Shown in pieces: positions 42,504-42,717 of a DNA stretch of 42,717 nt. This stretch comes from a virus (Duplodnaviria > Caudoviricetes): the IMG/VR virus record IMGVR_UViG_3300049844_000160, positions 1 to 42,717 of that record; one strand, given 5' to 3'. The notes beneath the pieces are model-generated. The model was given only the letters and a program-made list of their open reading frames with translations, made no database searches and was not told the origin of the DNA. The number at the start of each line of letters is the position of its first letter. The stretch's first letter is position 1. Position numbers and translations under genes: made by a program.

Positions 42504-42717
42504 CTATCCTTCTCTTTTCTTGAAACATGGCCTTATCTTCTTCGGTTCTTAATTCTGGATCGTCGCCGAATTCAGGGTCAGTCTCCCCCTTAGATGGCTT
42601 TGATAAAACTTCAGCTGCTTTCTTTCGCAGTCCAGCTATAGACTTTAATACCTGTTGCTTTTCCTTGGTGCGCTCCAAGACCTTGGCCATTAGCTCTGGG
42701 TCTTTTTTAATTTCTTC
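42460..42717 (-). CDS. Hypothetical charged protein, allele B of 879..1202 (5'-partial)
   Basis: Identical to allele A up to AAEVLSK, then diverged but retaining GDDPELRTEEDKAMFQEK. Confidence 0.8.
   Translation of the reverse strand, partial: EEIKKDPELMAKVLERTKEKQQVLKSIAGLRKKAAEVLSKPSKGETDPEFGDDPELRTEEDKAMFQEKRRIDGKIKEMGLKNEDE

Noticed and set aside
42104-42717. True direct terminal repeats of the virion DNA
   Set aside because: The identical stretches are both about 110 bp, interleaved around two different alleles and cut through genes. This fits an assembly-graph bubble on a circle better than physical termini.
1-42717. tRNA genes, reverse transcriptase/DGR, stop-codon reassignment, replicative DNA polymerase, anti-defence genes
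   Set aside because: No cloverleaf, RT motif or template/variable repeat pair was seen, and core genes are full length under the standard code. Anti-defence roles for the small ORFs cannot be assigned by eye.

Overview
The window is an essentially complete, circular dsDNA tailed-phage genome with podovirus-like architecture, about 41.6-42.1 kb per unit. Read on the minus strand across the circular junction, one long morphogenesis operon runs: putative TerS, TerL, portal, scaffold, major capsid, decoration and fibre proteins, lysis cassette (SLT endolysin, holin, two spanins, implying a Gram-negative host), tail fibre, SGNH esterase, nozzle, adaptor and ejection proteins. Small accessory genes lie at 13.4-18.6 kb and a divergent control region at 18.56-19.0 kb. 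A rightward block ends in a short tyrosine recombinase and an origin-like AT-rich region. The replication/recombination module contains Prim-Pol/helicase, a Cro-like HTH, an AAA_24 ATPase, a DUF669-like protein, an intein-containing SF2 helicase, VRR-NUC and a YqaJ exonuclease, but no replicative DNA polymerase. The two window ends are two different alleles of one locus, with and without a free-standing HNH endonuclease and with diverged flanks. The most unusual signals are host-type cis elements: a near-consensus sigma54 (-24/-12) promoter with candidate upstream activator sites, plus a stand-alone Fis-type HTH gene; a near-perfect parS palindrome inside the helicase gene and a DnaA box in the origin-like region, with no recognisable phage parAB; and a 15-bp hairpin that buries the major capsid Shine-Dalgarno. 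All protein calls come from reading motifs and synteny by eye; no database searches were run.
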